A program made the translations under genes and the position numbers. A stretch of 64,000 bases of DNA from Vicinamibacterales bacterium (GTDB lineage Bacteria; Acidobacteriota; Vicinamibacteria; Vicinamibacterales; Fen-181): assembly GCA_041947015.1 (NCBI GenBank), contig JBHGBL010000011.1:59915-123914 (forward strand). Reading direction: 5' to 3'. Below the pieces are notes generated by a model that saw only the letters and a program-made list of their open reading frames with translations, was not told the DNA's origin and searched no databases. Positions 1-8,908 of the stretch are shown piece after piece (positions within the stretch are counted from its first letter, which is position 1; each line of letters begins with the position of its first letter).

Positions 1-1
1 G

Positions 2-967
2 AAGGGCGGCGACTTTGCGGTGTGCCCGGCCTTCGAGGAAGACCGTGCCCGTGAGCAGCTGACGACCGGGCCGCTCGACAGCATACCTGTGCTGACGTGG
101 CACGAGCACGAAGATCCGTACGCGGTTGCCGCGAAGGGGCTGAGGGACCGCGGCCTTGGAACAGGCAGACTTGGCATCGAGGAAACGGTTCGGTTCGTCT
201 TCTTTGACGGGATGGCCAAGGCCTTGCCGTCTGCCACGCTCGTGAGCGGCACGCCGGTGACGGCAGGTTGCCGCGGCGTGAAGGACGCGCACGAAATAGC
301 TCTGATGCGGCTCGCCGCGGACGTCACGCTGAAGGCCTACACGGCTGCATGGAAGGCGCTTCGCCCCGGCATGACACAGTCCGATTTCGCGGGTCTCGTC
401 TCTGCAGCCCACAGCAGGCTCGGGTTCAGCGGGTCTGCGGGTGTCCAGATCGGCCAGTACTCCGCCCTCCCACACGGCTCGGTCAAGCCGCAGACGATCT
501 CCGAGGGCAGCATTCTCCTCATCGACGGCGGCTGCAGCGTCGAAGGCTACAGGTCCGACATAAGCCGTACCTTCGTGCTGGGCACGCCCACCGACAAGAT
601 GAAGAAGGTGTTTGCGGCCGCGCGGAAGGCGCAAGACGCGGCGCTCGCGGCCGCGCGCCCGGGTGTTTCCGCAGAGTCGGTTGACGCTGCTGCGCGGAAG
701 GTGATCGAGGAGGCGGGTTACGGGCCCGGCTACACCTACTTCACGCACCGCGTCGGGCACGGCCTCGGCATGGACGGCCACGAGTGGCCGTACCTGGTGA
801 AGGGCAACACGCAGCCGCTCGTTGCCGGCAACACGTTCAGCGACGAGCCGGGAATCTACATCCCCGGCGAGTTTGGCGTGCGCGTGGAGGACGACATGCT
901 GATCACGCCGGACGGCGCCGAGCTCCTCACGCCGCAGAGCCCGTCGCTCGAAGAGCCATTTGGATAG
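2..967 (+). CDS. M24 family metallopeptidase (Xaa-Pro amino/dipeptidase-like), 5' end off-window
   Basis: The frame is open to the window edge. It carries the pita-bread motifs HRVGHGLGMDGHEWPY, SDEPGIY and VRVEDD. Confidence 0.85.
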   Translation, partial: KGGDFAVCPAFEEDRAREQLTTGPLDSIPVLTWHEHEDPYAVAAKGLRDRGLGTGRLGIEETVRFVFFDGMAKALPSATLVSGTPVTAGCRGVKDAHEIALMRLAADVTLKAYTAAWKALRPGMTQSDFAGLVSAAHSRLGFSGSAGVQIGQYSALPHGSVKPQTISEGSILLIDGGCSVEGYRSDISRTFVLGTPTDKMKKVFAAARKAQDAALAAARPGVSAESVDAAARKVIEEAGYGPGYTYFTHRVGHGLGMDGHEWPYLVKGNTQPLVAGNTFSDEPGIYIPGEFGVRVEDDMLITPDGAELLTPQSPSLEEPFG

Positions 968-1113
968 GCGGGCTGCTGGCCAAGGACTGGCTGCTGCAGA
1001 CTACCGACTGCGGGATGGTGGCTGCTTGTTCGTCGCGCCTCGCCGAGGTCGAGCGAAGGTGGACGGGTGCTGCTTCTGGAGGCGCCCGGTTGACCCGAAC
1101 CTGCCGGCGGAAA

Positions 1114-1151
1114 CACCAAGGGGGGCCGTGGAGGCGGCCCTCCCCTTGGTG
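1114..1151. terminator. GC-rich hairpin between convergent genes
   Basis: CACCAAGGGGGG (1114-1125) pairs with CTCCCCTTGGTG (1140-1151), including one G-T wobble, and there is an inner 3-bp stem. On the minus strand the hairpin is followed by TTTCC. It lies between the stop at 967 (+) and the stop at 1195 (-). Confidence 0.55.
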
Positions 1152-1194
1152 ATCCATCCAGTCGCCACGCCGAAGCGGGCCGCTTCTCGGCCCG

Positions 1195-2568
1195 TCAGTC
1201 CTGACCCCGCCCGCCCCGCCCGCCGGGCCGGGCGTTTGCCTCCTCTATCGCCACCGGGCGGCCGTCCACGAACACCTGCCTGATCCTCATCCTCTCCCCG
1301 AAGATGTCTCCTTCGACCAGCAGCAGGTTCGCGATCTTGCCCTTCTCGACCGAACCGACCCTGTCCGAGGCGCCGGCAATCACCGCAGCATTGATGGTCA
1401 TCGCCTTGATGGCCGCCTCAGGAGACAGGCCTGCGCTCACTGCCTTCGCGGCGTTCCTGACGAAGTCTGACGGCTCGCGGAGGCCGCCCGACTCGAACGC
1501 GAAGAGCACTCCCGCCTTTTCGAGCGCCGCAGGCACCTTCGGCGCGTTGGCGCGCGCCCGCAGGGTTTCGAGCGTCTCGTCAGCGTCAGGAGCCAGAGTG
1601 CGCGGCCTGACCGGGAAGTCGAGCGTCACGACGACCGGTGCCTTGGCGGCCTTCAAGTCGTCTACTACTTCGTCGGCTTCGCGCGCGCCCGTCACGATCG
1701 GGACGAGGTCGAACTCCTTCGCCAGGTTCAACGCCCGCCGGATCTCGACTGCCGAAGCTGCCTCGAGCGCCACCGGCTGGCGCGCGGCGAAGCTGGCCGC
1801 AAGCGCCTCGAGCGCCCGATCGTGAACCGGGCGCGGCGCAGCATGCGGCGCCCGCTCGTAACGATTCAGCGCAAGGCGATAGTGGCTGGCGTCGAAGAAA
1901 GCTTGGCGGACGAAACCGATCACTCCCATCAGTGAAACCGGATAGCCATCACCCCTCGGTCTGGCCGGGAACGCCACGTGCAGGGCCACCGGGCTCTTGA
2001 CGACGTACAGCCCGCGCCGTTCGTCGGCGATGTTGCCGATCTGCGGCGCGTCTTCCGCGGCGGCAAGGTTGACGAGGGAGCTCTGGCCCCGGACGACGTC
2101 GCCGGGCGGGACGGCCAGCATCGAGGTGATTCCCGCGGCGAGCAGGCGCGCGAACTCCGGCGCGTCCGGCCTGAGGTACTCCGCGGCCTCGACCTGAGGC
2201 CTCAGGATCTGGTTGCGCTTCCACCGCTCGAGCTCCATCCGGGTCTGGGGGTTCGCGGGCGGCTGGCTCGCAGGGAGCTCTATGCCGGACGTCCTCCCCA
2301 TGTCGATGAAGCCGGGATAGACCGTGAGGCCCTTGCCATCGACGACCGCTGCCCCCGGTGGGGCGCTGACGCCCGCCCCGACTGCTTCTATCCGGCCGTC
2401 GCGTATGACTACCGTACCCGATTCGATTGCAGGCCCGACGGCGGTCACGATGCGCGCGCCGGTGATCGCGTAGATGTGCGGCGCTTCGGCCCTCGCAGAG
2501 GCCGCAAGAACCGCTGCGCCCGCCAGCGCGAGGAGGATGAGCGTGGGACGGTTGTTTCTGGCTCGCAT
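1195..2568 (-). CDS. Secreted amidohydrolase-superfamily protein lacking the HxH metal motif
   Basis: It has an N-terminal signal peptide (MRARNNRPTLILLALAGAAVLAASARAEA). It is alignable with the C-terminal module of the upstream 938-aa protein. It reads YPGFIDMGRTSG where PGxIDxHxH is expected. Confidence 0.8.
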   Translation of the reverse strand: MRARNNRPTLILLALAGAAVLAASARAEAPHIYAITGARIVTAVGPAIESGTVVIRDGRIEAVGAGVSAPPGAAVVDGKGLTVYPGFIDMGRTSGIELPASQPPANPQTRMELERWKRNQILRPQVEAAEYLRPDAPEFARLLAAGITSMLAVPPGDVVRGQSSLVNLAAAEDAPQIGNIADERRGLYVVKSPVALHVAFPARPRGDGYPVSLMGVIGFVRQAFFDASHYRLALNRYERAPHAAPRPVHDRALEALAASFAARQPVALEAASAVEIRRALNLAKEFDLVPIVTGAREADEVVDDLKAAKAPVVVTLDFPVRPRTLAPDADETLETLRARANAPKVPAALEKAGVLFAFESGGLREPSDFVRNAAKAVSAGLSPEAAIKAMTINAAVIAGASDRVGSVEKGKIANLLLVEGDIFGERMRIRQVFVDGRPVAIEEANARPGGRGGRGQD

Positions 2569-2577
2569 GTCGTCCTC

Positions 2578-5394
2578 CTACTGCCGCTTCGAGTAGCGCT
2601 CGTAGAGCGCCAGGTGCTTGTTCGACATGTCCACGTCCCGCCCGTTGATGAAGACGTGGGTCACCTCGGTTCTGACCTCGAGCGGGTCGCCTTTGGCGAC
2701 GAGAAGGTTGGCGACCTTGCCGGGCTCTATGCTGCCCATGACATCGGCGACGCCGAGGATCTCAGCGGCGTTGATCGTCAGCGCCTTCAGCGCTTCGTCT
2801 CGTGGGAGCCCCCAGGCGATCGACATGGCCGCCTGGTAGGGCACCTGGCGGACGTTTGCGTGGTCGCCGGTTGCGAAAGCGAACTTGACGCCAGCCCTGG
2901 CGAGCTCGCCCGCCGCCATGTAGCTCGCGGCATGGAACATGTCGTCGCGGGTGGGCAGGGCCAGAATCGGCCCCAGGATGACGGGGATCTTCTTCTCTGC
3001 GAGAAGCGGGGCGACCAGCGCGGCCTCCGGGCCGGCCATCATGACGACCCTGACGTTCGCCTTCTCGGCGAAGGCCACCGCGTCCTTGATGTCCTGCTCG
3101 CGCGCAGCGTTCGTGAACAGCGGGATCTTGCCTTCGACGACCGGCACCAGCGCGTCGAGCACCCAGTCCACCTCGCGGTCCGGCCCCGCGGCCTTCGCAT
3201 AGGCCCTGGCCCGATCGAAGAGCCGGACGAGGGCTTCGAGCCGCTGGTCGCGCTGCCTCTTCATGTCCTCGTAGGTCTGCTCCGCTCCCGGTGCTCCGCC
3301 TGGCGCCGCGCTTCCTCCCCGCCCTCCGCCGCCTACCGACGGGAACTGGAAGGTGATGCCCGATGAGCGTCGGACCATGCTCTCTTCCCACGTCCACCCG
3401 TCCAGGTTCATCACCGGCACCTCGCCTCCGAGAATTCCCCCCGACGGCATCACGGCAACCGTCGTCACGCCGTTCGCCCTCGCCACGGGGATGGACTCGC
3501 TGTCGTTGTGATAGGCGACAACGGTCCGCATCTGCGGGTTGTAGTCGAGCATCTCAGAGGTGTCCTGGTACCCGCCGGCGCCGGGCTCGGCGAGGCCGAT
3601 GGTCGTCCTGGCGTTGATCCAGCCCGGGTAGACCTCGCCGCCTGCCGCGTCGATGACCCTTGCCCCCGCCGGGGGCTTCACGTCCGCGCCGACCGCCTCG
3701 ATCTTCCCGTCGCGGATGACGATGGTGCCCCGCTCGATGACGGGCCTGGTAACTGGAACGATCCTGGCATTGGTTATCGCGATGACGCCCTGGCCCATGA
3801 GCGGCCGCGGCTTCGGGCCGGACTGCGGTTCATAGCGCGGCGCTTCTGGCAACGGTCCAAGCTCCGGCTCATCGCCGTCAGCCCGGCCGGCCAATCCTGC
3901 CTCGTGCTCGGGCACCGTCGTCGTCGGCTTCCTTTCAGCCTTCTCGGCCGCAATCAGCCGCTGCTTCTCCTTGACGACGTCCGCCGCACGCGCAAGGTCC
4001 TTCTCGCGATCGTAGTAGAGCGTGCCGTCGATGTAGGTGCGCTCCACCGTCGCGTATGAACTGAGCGGGTGGCGGTTCCAGATGACGACGTCCGCGTCCT
4101 TGCCCACTTCGAGGGAACCGACGCGCTTGTCGAGCTTCAGCTGCTTCGCCGGGTTGATCGTCACGAGCGCGAGCGCCTGGTCCTCCGTCAGCCCGCCCCA
4201 GTGCATCATCTTGGCGGCCTCGCTGGGAAGCCGGCGCGCATGCTCGGCGCTGTCCGAGTTGATCGAAACGACGACGCCGGCCCTCATCATCAGGGCGGCG
4301 TTGTACGGGATGGCATCGATCGCTTCAATCTTGTACGCCCACCAGTCGGAGAAGGTGCCGACCCCGGCGCCGTGCTCGGCAAGCTCTTTGGCGATCTTGT
4401 AGCCCTCCAGACCGTGTTCGAAGGTGTTCACCTTGAAGCCGAACTCCTCGGCGAGGCGGAGCGACATCAGCATCTCGTCCGACCTGTAGGCGTGTACGTG
4501 GGTCAGGCGTTTGCCCTCGAGGACTTCGACGAGTGGGTCGAGCTGGAGGTCGCGCCGCGGCGGGATGACGTCCTCGCCCGCCTTCCTGCGCCGCTCGTAC
4601 TCCTGCCAGGCGCGCTGGTAGGCCTTCGCGCGGGTAAACGCGTCGCGAATGACGAACTCGACGCCCGGGCGGCTCGCCGGGTATCGGCGAGGGCCGGTTG
4701 CCCGCCCGCCCGTCTGCATGTCCTTGGGGTTCTCGCCGAGCGCGAACTTCAATCCAGGCAGCGCCGCGTCGAAGAGGAACTCCTCCGGGCGCGTCTTTCC
4801 CCACCGGAGCTTGATGACGGTGTTGGTGCCACCGATCGGGTTCGCGCTGCCGTGGTAGACGCTCGCCACCGTCAGGCCGCCCGCCAGGTCTCGGTATATG
4901 TTCACGTCACGCGGGTTGAAGACGTCCTCGATGCGGGTCATCGAGCTCACCGTCGTCCCGCTCTCGTTGATCGAGTCGGCCGCGATGTGCGAGTGCTCGT
5001 CGATGATGCCGGGGCTTACGAACTTGCCGGTTGCATCGACGACCTCCGCGCCCGGTGGCGCCTGGATGTTCGCGCCGACTGCCGCGATCTTCCCGTCGCG
5101 AAGCAGGATGGACCCGTTCGGAATCGTCCCTTTCGTAACGGTAAGTATCGTGGCGCCTTTGATGAGCACGGGCGGGCCCGGCTTCTGTGCCACCGGCCGC
5201 AGCGTGGCCGGCGTCATCTCTGTGGCGGCGGGAGCGACCGCGCCAGCCTGCTTGGGCGCGGCCGCGCGAGGCGCCTGCTGCGTCGAAAGATTCGATCCCT
5301 GGCTGCCCAGGACAGGCACTTGCAGCGCCAGTGCGATGGCCAGACAAGCACAGGCCATCGGCCACTTACGAGTAGAGAGAAATGGACGTTTCAC
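2578..5394 (-). CDS. Secreted two-module amidohydrolase-superfamily protein
   Basis: GTG start at 5394 with SD AAGGAGGG. It has a signal-like N-terminus. The first module carries [11 protein letters not shown] (HxH). The second module ([12 protein letters not shown]) lacks HxH. Confidence 0.85.
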   Translation of the reverse strand: MKRPFLSTRKWPMACACLAIALALQVPVLGSQGSNLSTQQAPRAAAPKQAGAVAPAATEMTPATLRPVAQKPGPPVLIKGATILTVTKGTIPNGSILLRDGKIAAVGANIQAPPGAEVVDATGKFVSPGIIDEHSHIAADSINESGTTVSSMTRIEDVFNPRDVNIYRDLAGGLTVASVYHGSANPIGGTNTVIKLRWGKTRPEEFLFDAALPGLKFALGENPKDMQTGGRATGPRRYPASRPGVEFVIRDAFTRAKAYQRAWQEYERRRKAGEDVIPPRRDLQLDPLVEVLEGKRLTHVHAYRSDEMLMSLRLAEEFGFKVNTFEHGLEGYKIAKELAEHGAGVGTFSDWWAYKIEAIDAIPYNAALMMRAGVVVSINSDSAEHARRLPSEAAKMMHWGGLTEDQALALVTINPAKQLKLDKRVGSLEVGKDADVVIWNRHPLSSYATVERTYIDGTLYYDREKDLARAADVVKEKQRLIAAEKAERKPTTTVPEHEAGLAGRADGDEPELGPLPEAPRYEPQSGPKPRPLMGQGVIAITNARIVPVTRPVIERGTIVIRDGKIEAVGADVKPPAGARVIDAAGGEVYPGWINARTTIGLAEPGAGGYQDTSEMLDYNPQMRTVVAYHNDSESIPVARANGVTTVAVMPSGGILGGEVPVMNLDGWTWEESMVRRSSGITFQFPSVGGGGRGGSAAPGGAPGAEQTYEDMKRQRDQRLEALVRLFDRARAYAKAAGPDREVDWVLDALVPVVEGKIPLFTNAAREQDIKDAVAFAEKANVRVVMMAGPEAALVAPLLAEKKIPVILGPILALPTRDDMFHAASYMAAGELARAGVKFAFATGDHANVRQVPYQAAMSIAWGLPRDEALKALTINAAEILGVADVMGSIEPGKVANLLVAKGDPLEVRTEVTHVFINGRDVDMSNKHLALYERYSKRQ

Positions 5395-5404
5395 AGTTCC
5401 CTCC

Positions 5405-5625
5405 TTGATGAAGGACTGAGGGCGGAGGACTGACTGAGGACTGAGTAAAATGAGTGATGGGGACTACGGGGCCGAAACCTAGGCGCAAATCTCAAACCTC
5501 GAACCGCGAACCTCGAGACTCACAACTCGTAACTATCTCAGTCCCCGATTCTCATCCCTCAGTCCTTACCCCAGTCCCCATACCTCAGTCCTCGCACCCC
5601 GGTCCTCATACCTCAGTCCTGCCCC
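5405..5625. repeat. Inverted/direct repeat array built on GGACTGAG / CTCAGTCC
   Basis: Left arm: GGACTGAG at 5413 and 5438, with degenerate copies at 5427 and 5461. Right arm: the reverse complement CTCAGTCC at 5537, 5558, 5584 and 5612, with degenerate copies at 5570 and 5598. The 14-mer CATACCTCAGTCCT occurs at 5579 and 5607 (28-bp period). The lower-GC core (5472-5536) has AACCTCGA at 5495 and 5509. Confidence 0.7.
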
Positions 5626-6446
5626 GGTGCGCTCCTTGGTTTGTCTTCCTCGAACACCCAGTCTTCGATCGCTTCGTCGTACTTCACGGAAGTTTGCGTG
5701 ATGGGCAGCGCCAGTGTCTCGACCACCTTATCGCCGCGGACGCTGATGTTGAACTCGTTCACCTTCGTCGCGAAGGTGACGCCCCCGAAATCCTTGAAGT
5801 TCCAGTACACGCGGCGCACCTGCGGTGCCCCCTTCAGGTAATGGATCTCCTGAAGGAGGTGGAAGCTTTCCTTGTCGAAGTAGAGGTCCGTCTGCTCTTC
5901 GCCTTCAGTCACGCGCACGACCCAAGCGGGCCGGCTGCCCATCACCTTCAGCACGCGGGACCCAGGCTCCTCGGGGACCTTCCACTCGACGACGGCGTCC
6001 GGCTGAAGGGTCATCTCGCCCGGGTGCCCGACGTAGTGTGCGGGTCCGTAGCACTGGTCCAGCCACCGCCGGAGCCTCGCCGCATCTGCGCGACGGACGA
6101 TGAGCGAGGTGCGCGACCAGGCGGTGCCATCGTTCAGGAAGTACTCGTCGAAGCGGCGGCCCCGGTCGGCCGTGAGATCGTGCTCGACGCGGAGCTTGCC
6201 CGGTGACTTCGCCTGCACCCTGTACGCGGCCATGTAGGCGATACCGTCCTGCATCTCCACGGTGCCGTCGATCGTGATTGTCTTCCAGTTCGACAGCCTG
6301 TCGCCTCCGTGGGCTCGTACCGAGCGCTCGATGACATCCTGGGCGGTCCTGGGCGTACGCGAGCAGGCGACACTGCCGCCAAGAGCGACCGCCAGGCCGA
6401 GTGCAATTGTGCTTCTCATGACGGCGACCCCGTCTCTTCCGAACAT
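5613..6446 (-). CDS. Lipoprotein of unknown function (LolA-like size and composition)
   Basis: Lipobox LGGSVAC after MRSTIALGLAVA. The alternative start at 6419 gives a canonical lipoprotein signal. ATG 6446 directly abuts the upstream stop. Confidence 0.6.
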   Translation of the reverse strand: MFGRDGVAVMRSTIALGLAVALGGSVACSRTPRTAQDVIERSVRAHGGDRLSNWKTITIDGTVEMQDGIAYMAAYRVQAKSPGKLRVEHDLTADRGRRFDEYFLNDGTAWSRTSLIVRRADAARLRRWLDQCYGPAHYVGHPGEMTLQPDAVVEWKVPEEPGSRVLKVMGSRPAWVVRVTEGEEQTDLYFDKESFHLLQEIHYLKGAPQVRRVYWNFKDFGGVTFATKVNEFNISVRGDKVVETLALPITQTSVKYDEAIEDWVFEEDKPRSAPGQD

Positions 6447-7651
6447 CTACACCATCCGCAACTGGCTGTCGGCGCCGAGCAGGCGCTCCTTGATCCGCAC
6501 GCCGTAGGGGCACGCCCTCTCGCAAGGCGCAGAGCAGCGGGCGCAGCGCGACGCGCGGTTCGCTGCCGGGACCTGGCAGTACTCGATCATCGCGCGCTTC
6601 TCCTCGCCGTAGTGCTCGAAGTACATCCGGTACCGGAGAATGTCGGCAATCGGCACGCCGCGCGGGCACGCCTCCGCGCAGCCTGCGCAGCCCGGCCGGC
6701 AGTACTCGTGGCTGATGTGGCTGGCGAGAATCTCGAGGTACTTCTCGTCGCTCGCGTTCAGCGACGTCGTGCCCGACACCGCCAGGTACTCGGCCACCTG
6801 GTCGTAGTTCGCCATGCTGACGATCATCGTGTCGAAGAGATCGGAGGCGAGGACCCATTTGATGACGGCCTGGCGGGCGTTGGTCTGCTCGTTCTGCAGC
6901 TCCCGTATGTTCAAGTCCGACTTGTAGATGGTCATCGTCTTCATGGCCATCGTCGCGACGCCCTTGGCCCGGGCCTTCTTCAGCACGGGCTCGAGGCCGT
7001 GCGTGAGGAAGTTCGCACCGAGCAGGATGACGTCGAAGCGGTCGTTGTCGATACCCCAGCTCATCTCTTCGATGATCCGGACGCCATGGCCCGAAGCGCC
7101 GGTAAACCTGACCTTTTTCAGGCGCTTGGCCTCGTCCCAGGCCTCGTAGATGGCAGGGTTCTGGATTCTCTCGATGCCGCCGTAGCGCGGGTGGCCGATC
7201 GAGTGGAGCATCATGCAGTCCACGTAGGTGGTGTTCAGCCGCTTCAACGACACATCGAGCGCCTCAAGGAGAGTCGCCTTCGAAACGGTCGCCGTGACGA
7301 GCGGCGGGTCCCACTTGCCGACAACGAAGACCTTGCTGCGCCACCTGGGAAGCACCTTGCCGAGCGTTTCCTCGTGGCCCACGTACTGGAAGCCCGTGTC
7401 CACGAGGTTTATCCCGCACCGGAACATGTGTTCGACGAGCGCCGGCTTGTCTCGTTGTCCCGACCCGGCCGATATGTCGCCCACCATCCAGCCCGTCTTG
7501 CCGAACGGCTTGTAGCGCTTCACGCGCGGCGCCTGCGCGGGTGGCCCGCCCTGCCCGCCCTGGACGTGCCGGCCTTTCCGCCGGGAATGGTCGTTGCCGC
7601 CACTGCAAGCCCGGAGGTGCGGAAGAAATCTCGGCGTGAGAGCCTGTCCAT
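6447..7651 (-). CDS. Aldo/keto reductase with C-terminal Fe-S-type Cys motifs; the Tat signal lies in a different frame (1-nt frame break)
   Basis: AKR body: KRYKPFGKTGWMVGDISAGSG. C-terminal CAGCAEACP and CARCSAPCERACP. ATG 7651 (SD GAAGGGA, 2 nt after the upstream stop) encodes MDRLSRRDFFRTSGLAVAATTIPGG. That reading stops at TGA 7522-7520, which overlaps the in-frame GTG 7523 of the AKR frame. Confidence 0.75.
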
Positions 7652-7653
7652 CT

Positions 7654-8643
7654 TCAATCCCTTCGCTGGTTGACTCTTGCCAGGAACTCGTCCATGAGCG
7701 TGATGCCCGCGGCGTCGGAAGAAGCGCCGAAGACGAACACGAGCCTGCTCGCGCCCCTGACGGCCGCCACGCGGCCGTAGTAGTTCTCGTCGCCGACAAA
7801 GCCGCCGTCGCCGGGCTTGCCTATGTCGCTCCTCACCTTGCCGCTCGACGCGATGAACGCCCTGTAACGGGCGAGCGCCTCGCGCGCATCGTCTGGGCTG
7901 TCGAAGCTGGCCGTGGCGAGCTTGACGGTGGCCTGGCCGTCGCGGTACTCGGCCTCGAACACCCGTTCAAGGTAGCTTTGGCCGACGAAGTCCTTCGGGA
8001 CGTACTTGACCGACTGCGCGACCTGGTTTGCCGGAGGGAAGAATGCGACCTCGCTCGGGAGGTCCTCCCGGTCCGGGATCGAGGCTGCTACATGGTCCGC
8101 TAGGCCGCGCATCTCCGCGAGCATGCTGTCCGCCGTCCCAAGCGCGGTGACCTTCACGTAGTCGCGTCCCTTCCAGAAGTTCAGAACGTTGGTGCCGGTA
8201 CAGCCCTCGGTCCCCACAGGAACGGGCTTCGCTGTCGGGTTCATCTCCTGTCGGAAGATGCCGAAGGCGTTTACTGCGTCCGCCATCCTGAACACGTCGA
8301 GCGTCACCTCGAGCCCGGAGACGCTCCGGTAACCGGCCGAAGCCGCTTCCTGGAAGCCATAGGCGAGGTAGGTTTCGGCTGCCCCGTCAATGAACTCCCA
8401 GAGGTTGCCCGGGCCGTAAACCTTCCGGCTCCATCCGGCGAGAGACTTCCCTGACGGAAGAAGTGCCGCAACCTCGCTGGCAGGAGCCGGGCCCGTTGGC
8501 GGCGCCTCGGATGCCAGGGGGGCGGGTCCTCCGGTTTCGCTGCCACCGCCGCACGCAGCGACGAGGAACGCCGCGAGCAGAGAGGCTGCGACAACCAGTC
8601 TGGCGGCCAGGGGGCTGCAAGTCGGCTTCATAAGACTGCTCAT
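7654..8643 (-). CDS. Lipoprotein of unknown function
   Basis: Signal plus lipobox (LLAAFLVAACGGGS). It is first in a same-strand run with the Tat-AKR and the next lipoprotein. Confidence 0.65.
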   Translation of the reverse strand: MSSLMKPTCSPLAARLVVAASLLAAFLVAACGGGSETGGPAPLASEAPPTGPAPASEVAALLPSGKSLAGWSRKVYGPGNLWEFIDGAAETYLAYGFQEAASAGYRSVSGLEVTLDVFRMADAVNAFGIFRQEMNPTAKPVPVGTEGCTGTNVLNFWKGRDYVKVTALGTADSMLAEMRGLADHVAASIPDREDLPSEVAFFPPANQVAQSVKYVPKDFVGQSYLERVFEAEYRDGQATVKLATASFDSPDDAREALARYRAFIASSGKVRSDIGKPGDGGFVGDENYYGRVAAVRGASRLVFVFGASSDAAGITLMDEFLARVNQRRD

Positions 8644-8855
8644 GGCTTGCAGGTCTCGTGACCCTTGAAATCCCGGGGCTGCTTGGGGGCCATGGTGTGG
8701 GACCCGGGCCGTCCCGAGGGCGCAGGATTGCCCGAAAGCGGCGGAGGATGCAAGAACTTTCGGCGTGCACCGGACTTCTGCGACTCAGGTAGCGGATAGA
8801 GATTTCGTTCGGGGACCTGTAGCCGGATAATGGACCACCTGGGGCTGCGTGGAAA

Positions 8856-8894
8856 GGAAGGGCCTGGAAGGAACCCGGAAGGAAGCGGAAGGAA
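8856..8894 (+). repeat. Four phased GGAAGG(A/G)A repeats in the decarboxylase leader
   Basis: GGAAGG at 8856, 8866, 8877 and 8887 (spacing 10, 11, 10 bp). The array ends 15 nt before ATG 8909. Confidence 0.5.
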
Positions 8895-8908
8895 GAAGAG
8901 GGGCGAGA

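Noticed and set aside
5405-5625. Possible CRISPR array.
   Set aside because: The repeat core is only 8-14 nt and the copies are in both orientations. Spacing is irregular (13-28 bp), there are no unique spacers of typical length, and there are no cas genes in the window.
8849-8908. The track start GTG 8849, which adds 20 residues (MERKGLEGTRKEAEGRRGAR) to the decarboxylase.
   Set aside because: The extension is simply the GGAAGG repeat translated, and its third-position GC is poor. ATG 8909 follows a purine-rich SD and matches the usual decarboxylase N-terminus.
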